Of a stretch of DNA of 64,000 nucleotides, positions 19,012-28,377 are shown piece by piece. A program made the translations under genes and the position numbers. Numbering within the stretch: position 1 is the stretch's first letter; every line of letters starts with the position of its first letter. This DNA comes from a virus (Duplodnaviria; Caudoviricetes), in IMG/VR virus record IMGVR_UViG_3300029305_003961, positions 1 through 64,000 of that record, one strand, 5' to 3'. The notes beneath the pieces are model-generated. The model saw only the letters and a list, made by a program, of their open reading frames with translations, made no database searches and was not told the DNA's origin.

Positions 19012-20766
19012 ATGAATTATCAACTAATAGCACCTAGGCTGCCCCACACTTCGGTTATAGAACAGGTGTTATTGAATCGAGGTATTCAAGCCTAGGATAT
19101 TAGACATTATCTAAATACAAGTGATAAAGACATTTTAGATCCAACTCTTATTGATAATATAAGAGAAGGGGCTAAAATGCTCATTTATCACATTTCTCAA
19201 GAACATAAAATTTTTATTTAGATAGATAGCGACTGTGATGGCTATACCAGTTCTGCTTTTCTAATCAACTATCTAAATAGTCTATTTCCCGGATTTACGC
19301 AAAATAATATATATTATCGTGTTCACGAAGGAAAATAGCACGGACTTATTCTTGAGACAATTCCAGAAGATGTGAAACTAGTTATAGCGCCCGATTCTTC
19401 AAGCAATGATTATGAAGTTCATTCAACTTTGCGTGAGCGGGGTGTTGACGTACTAGTAATAGACCATCACGAAGCAGAACGCATATCTGAAAATGCCTGT
19501 GTTATTAATAATCAACTTTGTGATTATCCAACCAAATCTCTTTCAGGCGTTGGTATGGTCTATAAATTTTGTTCTTATATTGATAGTTTGTTAGGTATAA
19601 ACAATGCTAACCAATTTGTGGACTTGGTTGCTTTAGGACTTATCGCTGACGTAATGCTAATGCGCGATTTTGAGACTAAGCACCTAATAAACATCGGTCT
19701 AAAACAAATTAACAATCCGTTTTTTAGGGGAATGACCATCAAAAATGAATATTCTCTAGGTGGCGGAGATATTACACCTTTTGGAGTGGCTTTTTATATT
19801 GCGCCATATATCAATGCGGTAACTCGATGTGGCACGCAAGAAGAAAAGCTCTTACTATTTGAGGCTATGTTAGATTTTAAAGCCTATGGACAGATTCCTT
19901 CAACAAAAAGAGGTTTTAAAGGAACATACGAGTCTCGAGTAGAACAAGCTTGTCGTAATTGCACAAATATCAAAAATAGGCAAAACAAAGCAAGAGACGC
20001 TAGCTTGAAGATAATTGAACAAATTATCAAAGAAGAAAATTTACTAAAAAATCAAATTTTAATTGTTCGCTTACCGGTCGAATGCGCAATTGATAAAAAT
20101 TTAACTGGTTTAGTAGCAACTAAAATTGCCAATCAATTTCAAAAGCCTACGCTTATTTTAAATGAAACTCGCGATGCGGAGACAAATGAATTGATTTGGG
20201 CGGGTTCTGGTCGTATATTTAGTCAAAGTAATTTCACTACTTTTAAAGATTTCTTAGAACAGTCTAATTATTTTGAAATGGCTCAAGGACATCAGGGCGC
20301 CTTTGGATGCGCAATTAAAGATGTTAATATTGATTCTTTTACAGAATATGCGAACTTAGAGTTAGTAAATTTTGATTTTACCCCAAAATATTATATTGAT
20401 TTAGAATACCAGGCTGAAACTTTAACACCAATAGATGTAATGAATTTGGCCAGTTATGATAATCTTTGGGGCCAGGGAGTGGAAGAGCCGTTTGTTTTAG
20501 TTAAAGGAATTAGACTTACCAAAGAAAATATTTCTTTACTAAAAGAAACCACTTTAAAAATAACACTTCCTGCTGATGGTCAAGATATTAGTTTAATTAA
20601 ATTCGGTTCGTCTAGGGAAGAGTATGATTTATTACACTCTGACTTAGGTTATGTTACTATTAATGTTATTGGCCGTTTCCAGAAAAACATTTGGAATGGT
20701 AATATTAGTCCGCAAATTTTAATAGAAGATTATGAAATTGTAGGAAGGGCAGTCTATTATTTCTAA
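19012..20766 (+). CDS. recJ: RecJ-like DHH-family ssDNA exonuclease, 584 aa, 3 TAG (19093, 19219, 19336)
   Basis: SD AAAGGAG. Motifs *IDSDCDGYTS, GK*HGL, IDHH, LSGVG, GLIAD, APYINAVTR, GSGR and GHQGAFG. DHH motif I lies upstream of the tracked ORF and requires TAG read-through. Confidence 0.9.
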
Positions 20767-20810
20767 AACATAACAGGACCTAATAGCAATATTAGGAGGA
20801 AAGTTATATT

Positions 20811-21668
20811 ATGAAACATATTGCGAAAGAAATATTATTTAATACAATAATTTTTATGTGTATTTTTGGAGTTTTTATAATACTATTAATTTCATCGCCG
20901 GCTGCAGCACTTCAGCAAGAAAGTATGGCTGCGACAGTCATTACAACCGAGCCGACGATAGAATATACAGAACCTGAAACAGAGGATCCAACTCCACCGC
21001 CAACTTTATCTTTGGAAGAACAATATTTTCAACCTTATACTTATAAAGAATTTTCTTCCAAACTAGAAATTGAAATGGCAATTGTAGAAGGTAAGGAGTA
21101 TTTAAACTCTATAGCGCATTTAATTAGAGAAGAAGTAATTGATAATGAAATCAATAGAATAAATTCTATTCTACAAAAATATGAGGAAGATTTTATGTGG
21201 CAAAAATTGTATGAAACTGCGACATTTAAATCAGTGCCAAGTGAATACAATAAGAGAGATTTTAAGTCATATGAAAATTATACCTGTATTACCTCAAAAA
21301 CCTCCCCACACTATAAATTACAGCGCCAATACGCCTATACTGGCAATTTTGGTATTCGAATGGTAGATGGACGTTATTGTATTGCCTTAGGCAGTTATTT
21401 TACCACTACTATTGGACAATATATTGATATTGTTTTAAAAAATGGAGTGGTGATTCCTTGTATTTTAGGAGACCAAAAATCTGATGCTCATACTGATAAA
21501 CGACATATCGCCCATAGAACAGATAAAAGCATAGTAGAATTTATTGTTGACAAAAATAAATTACCTCATCAAGCAAAAATTATAGGTAATATTTCTTATT
21601 GTTGCGATGAATGGCAAAGTCCAGTCGTACAAATTATCATATATGATAAAAACTTTTTTACAGAATAA
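20811..21668 (+). CDS. Membrane-anchored or secreted protein with a putative C-terminal peptidoglycan-hydrolase (3D/DPBB-like) domain
   Basis: Hydrophobic N-terminal helix, T/E/P linker, then GIRMVDGRYCIALGSYF...GQYIDI.L.NG..IPCILGD.K...HTD...VEFIVD. Confidence 0.55.
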   Translation: MKHIAKEILFNTIIFMCIFGVFIILLISSPAAALQQESMAATVITTEPTIEYTEPETEDPTPPPTLSLEEQYFQPYTYKEFSSKLEIEMAIVEGKEYLNSIAHLIREEVIDNEINRINSILQKYEEDFMWQKLYETATFKSVPSEYNKRDFKSYENYTCITSKTSPHYKLQRQYAYTGNFGIRMVDGRYCIALGSYFTTTIGQYIDIVLKNGVVIPCILGDQKSDAHTDKRHIAHRTDKSIVEFIVDKNKLPHQAKIIGNISYCCDEWQSPVVQIIIYDKNFFTE

Positions 21669-21672
21669 ATTT

Positions 21673-21722
21673 ATAGGGTTATACAAGAGAATATTAATCT
21701 TGTATAACCCTATTTCTTTTTT
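21673..21722 (+). terminator. Intrinsic terminator (long stem)
   Basis: ATAGGGTTATACAAGA...TCTTGTATAACCCTAT followed by TTCTTTTTT. Confidence 0.8.
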
Positions 21723-21734
21723 AGGAGAGAATAA

Positions 21735-22016
21735 ATGGCAATTAGTAAAATTCAAATTTTAGACAATATTTATGACTTTACAGTTCCGTCATTAGAAGAA
21801 AAAATAGGTGATTTAACTCGACAACTTGATATTATAAAGGCCAAGTTAGAAGGCATAGAGTGCACAGAATACGCCACAAAGGCTGATATTTATGCTATAA
21901 TGGATCAGTTCCGGTCGGAAACGAAAGTCACAATCGAAAACCCAGAACAAAAATTCGATTTGGAAATTTTTGAGGTAATAGAAGCATCTAATCCTTTTCT
22001 ACAAAACTTGAAATAA
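21735..22016 (+). CDS. Hypothetical protein, 93 aa
   Basis: SD AGGAG; ORF fills the gap. Confidence 0.6.
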   Translation: MAISKIQILDNIYDFTVPSLEEKIGDLTRQLDIIKAKLEGIECTEYATKADIYAIMDQFRSETKVTIENPEQKFDLEIFEVIEASNPFLQNLK

Positions 22017-22036
22017 TATAATATTTATGGTATAAT
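22008..22036 (+). promoter_or_regulatory. sigmaA-type promoter
   Basis: TTGAAA-17 nt-TATAAT with extended TG. Confidence 0.8.
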
Positions 22037-22067
22037 ATTTATATATAAGAATAAGTAGGTGAAATAA

Positions 22068-23261
22068 GTGAGTATTGAATTAACTAAAAAACAAGAAGAG
22101 GGTTTGCGTGTAGCCGTGGCTCGCTATAAATTAGGTGAAAAATATACAGTTATCTCTGGTTATGCTGGCTCGGGTAAATCAACTTTAATTAAATTTATTA
22201 TTGATGCCTTACCTGTGAACCCAGAAAAAGATGTTGCTTATGCTGCCTTTACCGGAAAAGCCGCTACAGTTTTACAACAAAAAGGATGCCAAAATGCCAC
22301 CACGGCGCATAAATTACTATATAGGGCAAAGCCAATGCCGAACGGAACTTATAAATTTTATCCGCGCATAAAGGCGGAAATGGAATATAAAATTATTGTT
22401 ATTGATGAAATCTCAATGCTACCTCGTCCGATGTGGGAACTATTAATGACACACGATGTATATGTATTGGCTACTGGAGATCCTGGACAATTGCCTCCGG
22501 TAAATCCAGAAGATGATAATCATGTTTTAGATAAACCCCACGTGTTTTTAGATGAAATTATGCGGCAGGCGCAAGATAGCGAAATTATTCGGTTATCAAT
22601 GCATATCCGCGAGGGACATCCATTGTCTAATTTTGGATGTTCTGGACAACAAGTTCAAATTTTTAATAAATCCCAAGTTGTTAGTGGAATGTATGATTGG
22701 GCCGACCAAATTCTTTGCGCAACGAATGCCCAGAGAACAAAAATTAATAATTTTGTACGTCAGCAAAAGGGATTTGGTCCAGAGCCTGAAATAGGGGATA
22801 AAATTATTAGTTTACGTAACCACTGGGACTGGTCCTCTTCAAGTGGAGAATGGGCGCTTACAAATGGGTCTATAGGTACAATTGAATATATGAATAAGCA
22901 AAATATTTATGTACCAAAATACATTTATGATAAACCTATACCTTATTTATTTACTAATTTTAGATTAGAAGATGAAGATAATTTTATTTCTATTCCAATT
23001 GATTATAATTCTTTAAAAAATGGAGAAATGACTCTTACGCCTAAGCAAACCTATCTTTTAAATAAAAGTAAAGGTTTTATAGAAGCGCCATTCGAGTTTG
23101 CTTATGCTTATGCTATTACTTGTCACAAGAGCCAGGGTAGAGAATGGAACAAAGTTCTTGTATTTGAAGAATGGTTTCCAAACGCGCCTGAAGAACATAA
23201 AAAATGGTTATATACTGCTTGTACTCGAGCAAGTGAAAAATTAGTTATCATTAAAAAATAA
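22068..23261 (+). CDS. RecD/Dda-like SF1B helicase
   Basis: Motifs GYAGSGKST, AFTGKAA, IDEISM, GDPGQLPPV, EIMRQ, YAITCHKSQG and LYTACTRA. Confidence 0.92.
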   Translation: MSIELTKKQEEGLRVAVARYKLGEKYTVISGYAGSGKSTLIKFIIDALPVNPEKDVAYAAFTGKAATVLQQKGCQNATTAHKLLYRAKPMPNGTYKFYPRIKAEMEYKIIVIDEISMLPRPMWELLMTHDVYVLATGDPGQLPPVNPEDDNHVLDKPHVFLDEIMRQAQDSEIIRLSMHIREGHPLSNFGCSGQQVQIFNKSQVVSGMYDWADQILCATNAQRTKINNFVRQQKGFGPEPEIGDKIISLRNHWDWSSSSGEWALTNGSIGTIEYMNKQNIYVPKYIYDKPIPYLFTNFRLEDEDNFISIPIDYNSLKNGEMTLTPKQTYLLNKSKGFIEAPFEFAYAYAITCHKSQGREWNKVLVFEEWFPNAPEEHKKWLYTACTRASEKLVIIKK

Positions 23262-23276
23262 TAGGAGTAAACAATT

Positions 23277-23441
23277 ATGGAAGTAACAGTAGATTTAGAT
23301 GAAGTAAAAAGTTTTATTGAAAGTCCGGATTTTCATCAGTATCTTTTATCTCATACGGTTCATTTTGAAACGGCGGCTTTTATTTTACAGACCCTTTTAA
23401 ACGCGGTTGAAGATGCGGCATCTTCGATTGACAATTCTTAA
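23277..23441 (+). CDS. Hypothetical protein, 54 aa
   Basis: SD AGGAG; reads MEVTVDLDEVKSFIES... to TAA. Confidence 0.6.
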   Translation: MEVTVDLDEVKSFIESPDFHQYLLSHTVHFETAAFILQTLLNAVEDAASSIDNS

Positions 23442-23456
23442 AAAATATGTTATAAT
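23428..23456 (+). promoter_or_regulatory. sigmaA-type promoter (consensus) for dnaE
   Basis: TTGACA-17 nt-TATAAT with extended TG. Confidence 0.85.
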
Positions 23457-23489
23457 AAATTAAGAACTATAAAAAAGGAGGACAACTAA

Positions 23490-26400
23490 ATGCCGCTAAA
23501 GTATGAAGGAAGTCTTCATAATCATACAGAAATGAGCAATCAACGATTACGCGACTCTATTAACCGCATTGAAGAATTAGTAAATTATGCGATTGAATTA
23601 GGCCATAGCGTAATCGCTTTTACAGAACACGATACAGTATCTAACGCAATTAAAATTGAAAACTATTATGAAAAAATAAAAAAGACCAATCCTAATTTCA
23701 AGATTATTTTAGGTAATGAAATTTATTTATGTCGCGATGATATGACTGCTGATAATTTTATCAAGGGGGAAGATAAATACTTTCACTTTATTTTATTGGC
23801 TAAGGATGCCGAAGGCCATAAACAAATTAGAGAGTTATCAACACGAGCCTGGATGCGGTCTTGGATGAATGGTAAAATGCGTAGAGTGCCAACCTATTAT
23901 CAAGATTTAATTGATATTATTGGCGCCAATCCCGGCCACGTGATCGGGTCTACGGCTTGTTTGGGTGGATTTTTAGGAACTAAAATTTTGCAATGGTATT
24001 CTCGCGGCAATGACCAATCATTCTTCAACAAAATTAAAAACTGGTGCTGTCAAATGGAAAGAGTGTTTGGTAAAGGTAATTTTTATCTTGAAATGCAGCC
24101 TTCCGCAAACGAAGAACAGGCAATTGTTAATAAACAAATTTATTTGTTATCTCAAGAACTAAATATTCCATTTATTATTACAACCGATAGTCATTATTGC
24201 CGCAAAGAAGATGCGCCGATTCATAAAGCGTTTTTAAATGCGCAAGAAGGCGACCGTGAAGTTGATTCATTTTATGCTACAACATATATGATGGATACGG
24301 CGGAGATAGAGAGTTATATGGACGGCTTTACTAATGAAGTATTCCAGGAGGCTTATGAAAATATTATTAAAATTCGAGACGCTTGTGAAGATTATTCTTT
24401 AAAGAAGCCATTAAAAATTCCATCGCTTCAATGGAAAATACCTACTATGACCACCGTGCCTGAATTTTGGTATGAAAAAATTCCATACTTAAGAACTTTT
24501 AATGAATCTACTTTTAATGGAGATAGACGGCTTGTAGAATTAATTGTTGAAAAACTAGAACAAAACCCCCAATTACAAACCCAAGAAATTTATGATGAAT
24601 TAAATGATAACTTAAGAATTACTTGGACTTCTTCGCAGGTTAACAAGGCTCATTGGAGCGCATACTTTTTAAATCTACAAAAAATTATTGATATCTGCTG
24701 GGATGCTGGTACAATTGTAGGTCCTGGAAGAGGTTCTGGTGTAGGCTTTCTGTTATTATATATATTAGATATTATTCAAATCAATCCTATGTGGGAAACT
24801 ACTCGCACATTTTCGTGGAGATTTTTGAATCCAGATCGTGTATCAGTTCTTGATATTGATACAGATATCGAAGGAAGCCGTCGCGCCACCATCTTACAAG
24901 CACTGCGCGATTATTATGGTGAAGACAGAGTTGCTAATGTGGTCACTTTTGGAACAGAAAAATCCAAGAGTGCTATTCAAACAGCGGCCCGTGGCTTAGA
25001 AATTGATAATGATATTGCGCTTTATATTTCTTCATTGGTGCCCTCTGACAGAGGACAGGCTCGAACCTTGAAGCAATGTTATTATGGGGATGAAGAAAAT
25101 GATTTTAAACCAATTCCACTCTTTGTTAAAGAAATGGATAATTATCCGGAGTTATGGAGAGTTGCTCAGCGCATTGAGGGATTAATTTGTCGTGTGGGTG
25201 AGCACGCAGGCGGCGTTATTTTTGTTGATGAGCCATTTACTGAATCTACTGCGTTAATGAAAGTGCCAAATGGCGATATTGTCACACAATTTGACTTACA
25301 CGATTGTGAGGCCGCCAGTCTTATTAAAATTGATTTATTATCAGTTGAAGGACTTGATAAAATTCACACTTGTATTGATTTGCTTTGCGAAAATGGTTAT
25401 GTAGAACCAGAAGCAACATTAAGAGAAACTTATGAAAAGGTAATTGGAATTTATAACCTTGAGCGCGAAGCGCCCGAAATGTGGAAAATGGTTTGGGAAC
25501 ATAAAATTCAAGCCCTTTTCCAAATGGAAAAGCAAAGTGGCGTTCAAGGTATCGCACTAACACGACCTGAAAGTGTCGATGATTTGGCGGTTCTTAACTC
25601 AGTTATTCGACTAATGGCGCAAGAAAAGGGTGCAGAGCAACCGCTAAATAAATATGCTCGGTTTAAAAACAATATAAATCTTTGGTATAAAGAAATGCGT
25701 GACTATGGCTTAACCGAACAGGAACAAAAACTTCTTGAGCCTATTGTTAAGCAATCATATGGTATTTGCGAGTCTCAGGAAAAGTTTATGCAATTAGTTC
25801 AAATGCCCGAGTGTGGTGGCTTTAATCTAACTTGGGCCGATAAACTACGTAAGGCAATTGCGAAAAAGAATCCGCAAGGTTTCCTAGAATTACAAGAAGA
25901 ATATTATAAAAACATTGATGAAAAAGGATTAAGTAAAAATCTATGTCATTATGTTTGGAATGTTCTTGTATCTACCAGTAAAGGTTATGGTTTCAACGCT
26001 TCACACACCTTAGCATATTCCTTAGTTGGATTACAAGAAATGAATTTAGCATATCGCTTTCCAATTATCTTTTGGAACACAGCCTGTCTAATTACAGATA
26101 GTGGCGGTGTAGAAGAAGCAGATGCCGAAGGCAAGAATAATAATTATGATAAAATAGCAACTGCTATTGGTAAAATGAAACAGGCGGGTATTAGCGTAAT
26201 GCCGCCCAATGTAAATAAATCACAATATACATTTTACCCTGATGTAGAGCAGAATAAAATTGTTTTTGGCTTAAGAGGTATGTTAAATGTTGGAGAAGAA
26301 GTTATTGCCAATATCATTAAATATAGACCCTATTCTTCTCCAAAGGATTTTCTCCAAAAGGTAAAGCCAAATAAACAAGCAATGATTTCCTTAATTAAGG

Positions 26401-27377
26401 GCGGCGCCTTTGATGAAATGGAAGATAGAAAATTTACAATGGCTTGGTATATTTGGGAAACTTGTGATAAAAAGAATCGTATTACTTTACAAAATATGCC
26501 TGGCTTAATTAAATATGGATTGCTTCCAGAAGACACTGAAGAACGGATTATGGCGCGACGAGTATATGAATTTAATCGATATTTGAAGGCTATTACCAAG
26601 TCTGATAGTTGTGCCTATAAAGATTTTTATACTTTAGATACTAGAGCCTTAAACTTCTTAAACGAATTAGGTTATGATGATTTAATTGAAACTGATAATC
26701 TGGCTTGGTTTATTAAAATTAAGGTTTGGGATAAAGTATATCAAAATTGGATGAATGTATTTCGCACTTGGATTTTTGAAGAAAAAGAATCTATTCTTCA
26801 GAAATTAAATGAAACAATCTTTATGGAAGATTGGAATAAATATGCAAATGGTACCATCTCTGCTTGGGAAATGGAGGCATTGTGCTTCTATTATCACGAC
26901 CACGAATTAGCTAATGTTAATTTAGGTAAGTATGGTTTAGTAGACTTCTTTAATCTGCCTGAAGATCCAGCGGTAGATAGAGTATTCTACAAGGGTGATA
27001 AAGAAATTAAAATGTTTAAATTATGTAAAATTTGTGGTACTTGTATTGCCAAGGATAAAAATAAATCTACGGTGACGTTGTTAACAACTAATGGTGTTGT
27101 TAATATTAAATTCCGCAAGGAATATTTTTCTATTTTTGATAAGCAAATTTCCGAACGTCAAGTGGACGGTACTAAAAAAGTAATTGAAAAATCTTGGTTC
27201 AACCGCGGTAATATGATTTTGGTTCAAGGTATTCGGTCAGGCGATAGTTTCATTCCTAAAAAATATGCCTCATCGGGCGGACATCAATTATATAAAATCA
27301 ATGACATTATTGGTGATGGAGACTTAGTGCTTCAAACTGAAAGGTACCAAGGAGGCTATGAAGAAGATGCAGACTAA
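23490..27377 (+). CDS. dnaE: DNA polymerase III alpha subunit (family C)
   Basis: PHP domain (LHNHT, FTEHD, GNEIY, TDSHY), GPGRGSG, RFLNPDR...DIDTD, HAGGV, KIDLL, YGFNASH..AYS and PPNVNKS. Confidence 0.96.
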   Translation: MPLKYEGSLHNHTEMSNQRLRDSINRIEELVNYAIELGHSVIAFTEHDTVSNAIKIENYYEKIKKTNPNFKIILGNEIYLCRDDMTADNFIKGEDKYFHFILLAKDAEGHKQIRELSTRAWMRSWMNGKMRRVPTYYQDLIDIIGANPGHVIGSTACLGGFLGTKILQWYSRGNDQSFFNKIKNWCCQMERVFGKGNFYLEMQPSANEEQAIVNKQIYLLSQELNIPFIITTDSHYCRKEDAPIHKAFLNAQEGDREVDSFYATTYMMDTAEIESYMDGFTNEVFQEAYENIIKIRDACEDYSLKKPLKIPSLQWKIPTMTTVPEFWYEKIPYLRTFNESTFNGDRRLVELIVEKLEQNPQLQTQEIYDELNDNLRITWTSSQVNKAHWSAYFLNLQKIIDICWDAGTIVGPGRGSGVGFLLLYILDIIQINPMWETTRTFSWRFLNPDRVSVLDIDTDIEGSRRATILQALRDYYGEDRVANVVTFGTEKSKSAIQTAARGLEIDNDIALYISSLVPSDRGQARTLKQCYYGDEENDFKPIPLFVKEMDNYPELWRVAQRIEGLICRVGEHAGGVIFVDEPFTESTALMKVPNGDIVTQFDLHDCEAASLIKIDLLSVEGLDKIHTCIDLLCENGYVEPEATLRETYEKVIGIYNLEREAPEMWKMVWEHKIQALFQMEKQSGVQGIALTRPESVDDLAVLNSVIRLMAQEKGAEQPLNKYARFKNNINLWYKEMRDYGLTEQEQKLLEPIVKQSYGICESQEKFMQLVQMPECGGFNLTWADKLRKAIAKKNPQGFLELQEEYYKNIDEKGLSKNLCHYVWNVLVSTSKGYGFNASHTLAYSLVGLQEMNLAYRFPIIFWNTACLITDSGGVEEADAEGKNNNYDKIATAIGKMKQAGISVMPPNVNKSQYTFYPDVEQNKIVFGLRGMLNVGEEVIANIIKYRPYSSPKDFLQKVKPNKQAMISLIKGGAFDEMEDRKFTMAWYIWETCDKKNRITLQNMPGLIKYGLLPEDTEERIMARRVYEFNRYLKAITKSDSCAYKDFYTLDTRALNFLNELGYDDLIETDNLAWFIKIKVWDKVYQNWMNVFRTWIFEEKESILQKLNETIFMEDWNKYANGTISAWEMEALCFYYHDHELANVNLGKYGLVDFFNLPEDPAVDRVFYKGDKEIKMFKLCKICGTCIAKDKNKSTVTLLTTNGVVNIKFRKEYFSIFDKQISERQVDGTKKVIEKSWFNRGNMILVQGIRSGDSFIPKKYASSGGHQLYKINDIIGDGDLVLQTERYQGGYEEDAD

Positions 27378-27729
27378 ACAAAAATGTATATGCTGTCAAA
27401 AATTATTGCCTTTTTCTTCTTTTTGGAAGAAAAAGGCAAATCCTCCAATTTACGAAGGGCATTTAGCATTAGAGCAATTTGATAATAAATGTAAAGAATG
27501 TTATTTGACCTCAGTAGATAATAATAACCCAGATACCTTTATACCGATTTTACAGTATTTTAATGTTCCTTACATTGAGAAAGAATGGCAAAGAACCTGT
27601 GAATATGCCGCAGAAAGGCCGGGAAGTGTTTTAGGAAGATACTTATCCAAAATGAAATTATGGGCTTATTATCCTTTTGGTTTTGAAGATAGCGACCATT
27701 TTAATGAGGTACGTAAAAATGAAAAATAA
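27358..27729 (+). CDS. Hypothetical Cys-containing (zinc-binding) protein, 123 aa
   Basis: CICC...CKEC; overlaps both neighbours. Confidence 0.65.
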   Translation: MKKMQTKQKCICCQKLLPFSSFWKKKANPPIYEGHLALEQFDNKCKECYLTSVDNNNPDTFIPILQYFNVPYIEKEWQRTCEYAAERPGSVLGRYLSKMKLWAYYPFGFEDSDHFNEVRKNEK

Positions 27730-28306
27730 AATAAAAATTATAGCAATTTGTGGCAAGTCTGCCGCAGGAAAAGATACGCTATTAAAAGAAATATTAAAAT
27801 TAGATAGAACCGATTTACACGAAATTGTAAGTTGTACCACTCGCCCTCCGCGTGAGGGCGAAGTAGATGGTATTAATTATCATTTTCTAACCAATCAAGA
27901 ATTTGCTGATAAAATTGAGAATGGTCAAATGCTTGAAGCCACGGTTTTCAGAGACTGGTGCTATGGAACATCATTAGATAGCCTAAAAAGCGATGGAATT
28001 AATGTTGGAGTATTTAATCTAGATGGCGTTGATATTCTATTAGATAATCCAAAAATTGATTTATATATCGTTGAAGTTTATGCTCCTGATAAATTACGAT
28101 TATTACGCTCTTTAAATCGTGAAGTCAATCCCGATGTGAAAGAAATTATTCGGCGCTACGAAGCCGATGAAAAAGATTTTGAAGGATTTAATGATGCTCA
28201 TTATCGAGTAGAAAATTTAGATGATACTCGTTGGATGACACTTGAAGACCACGCGAAACTTATACTCATTCAATCAATCCGCCATTGGGCAGGATTAACT
28301 AATTAA
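27719..28306 (+). CDS. gmk: Guanylate kinase
   Basis: Motifs GKSAAGKDT, VSCTTRPPREGEVDGINYHF and YGT. Confidence 0.92.
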   Translation: MKNKIKIIAICGKSAAGKDTLLKEILKLDRTDLHEIVSCTTRPPREGEVDGINYHFLTNQEFADKIENGQMLEATVFRDWCYGTSLDSLKSDGINVGVFNLDGVDILLDNPKIDLYIVEVYAPDKLRLLRSLNREVNPDVKEIIRRYEADEKDFEGFNDAHYRVENLDDTRWMTLEDHAKLILIQSIRHWAGLTN

Positions 28307-28332
28307 AACACTACAAAAACTAAATATAGTGG
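28287..28332 (+). promoter_or_regulatory. Candidate phage-specific promoter motif (copy 4, before nrdD, overlapping the first NrdR-like box)
   Basis: GGGC-N9-TAA-N16-ACTAAATATAGTGG. Confidence 0.45.
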
Positions 28333-28364
28333 ATGCCCAAAAAAAATTTCACTATATTTAGTTT
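28317..28364. promoter_or_regulatory. Tandem NrdR-box-like operators (also a perfect 15-bp inverted repeat)
   Basis: AAACTAAATATAGTGG (28317-28332) and TCACTATATTTAGTTT (28349-28364) resemble the NrdR consensus acaCwAtATaTwGtgt. They are 32 bp apart and lie directly before the nrdD SD. Confidence 0.7.
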
Positions 28365-28377
28365 GGAGGTATAAAAT

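Noticed and set aside
23490-27377. Intein or intron in dnaE, dnaB or nrdD
   Set aside because: Lengths and motif order look normal, and no C...HN intein ends or LAGLIDADG blocks were seen.
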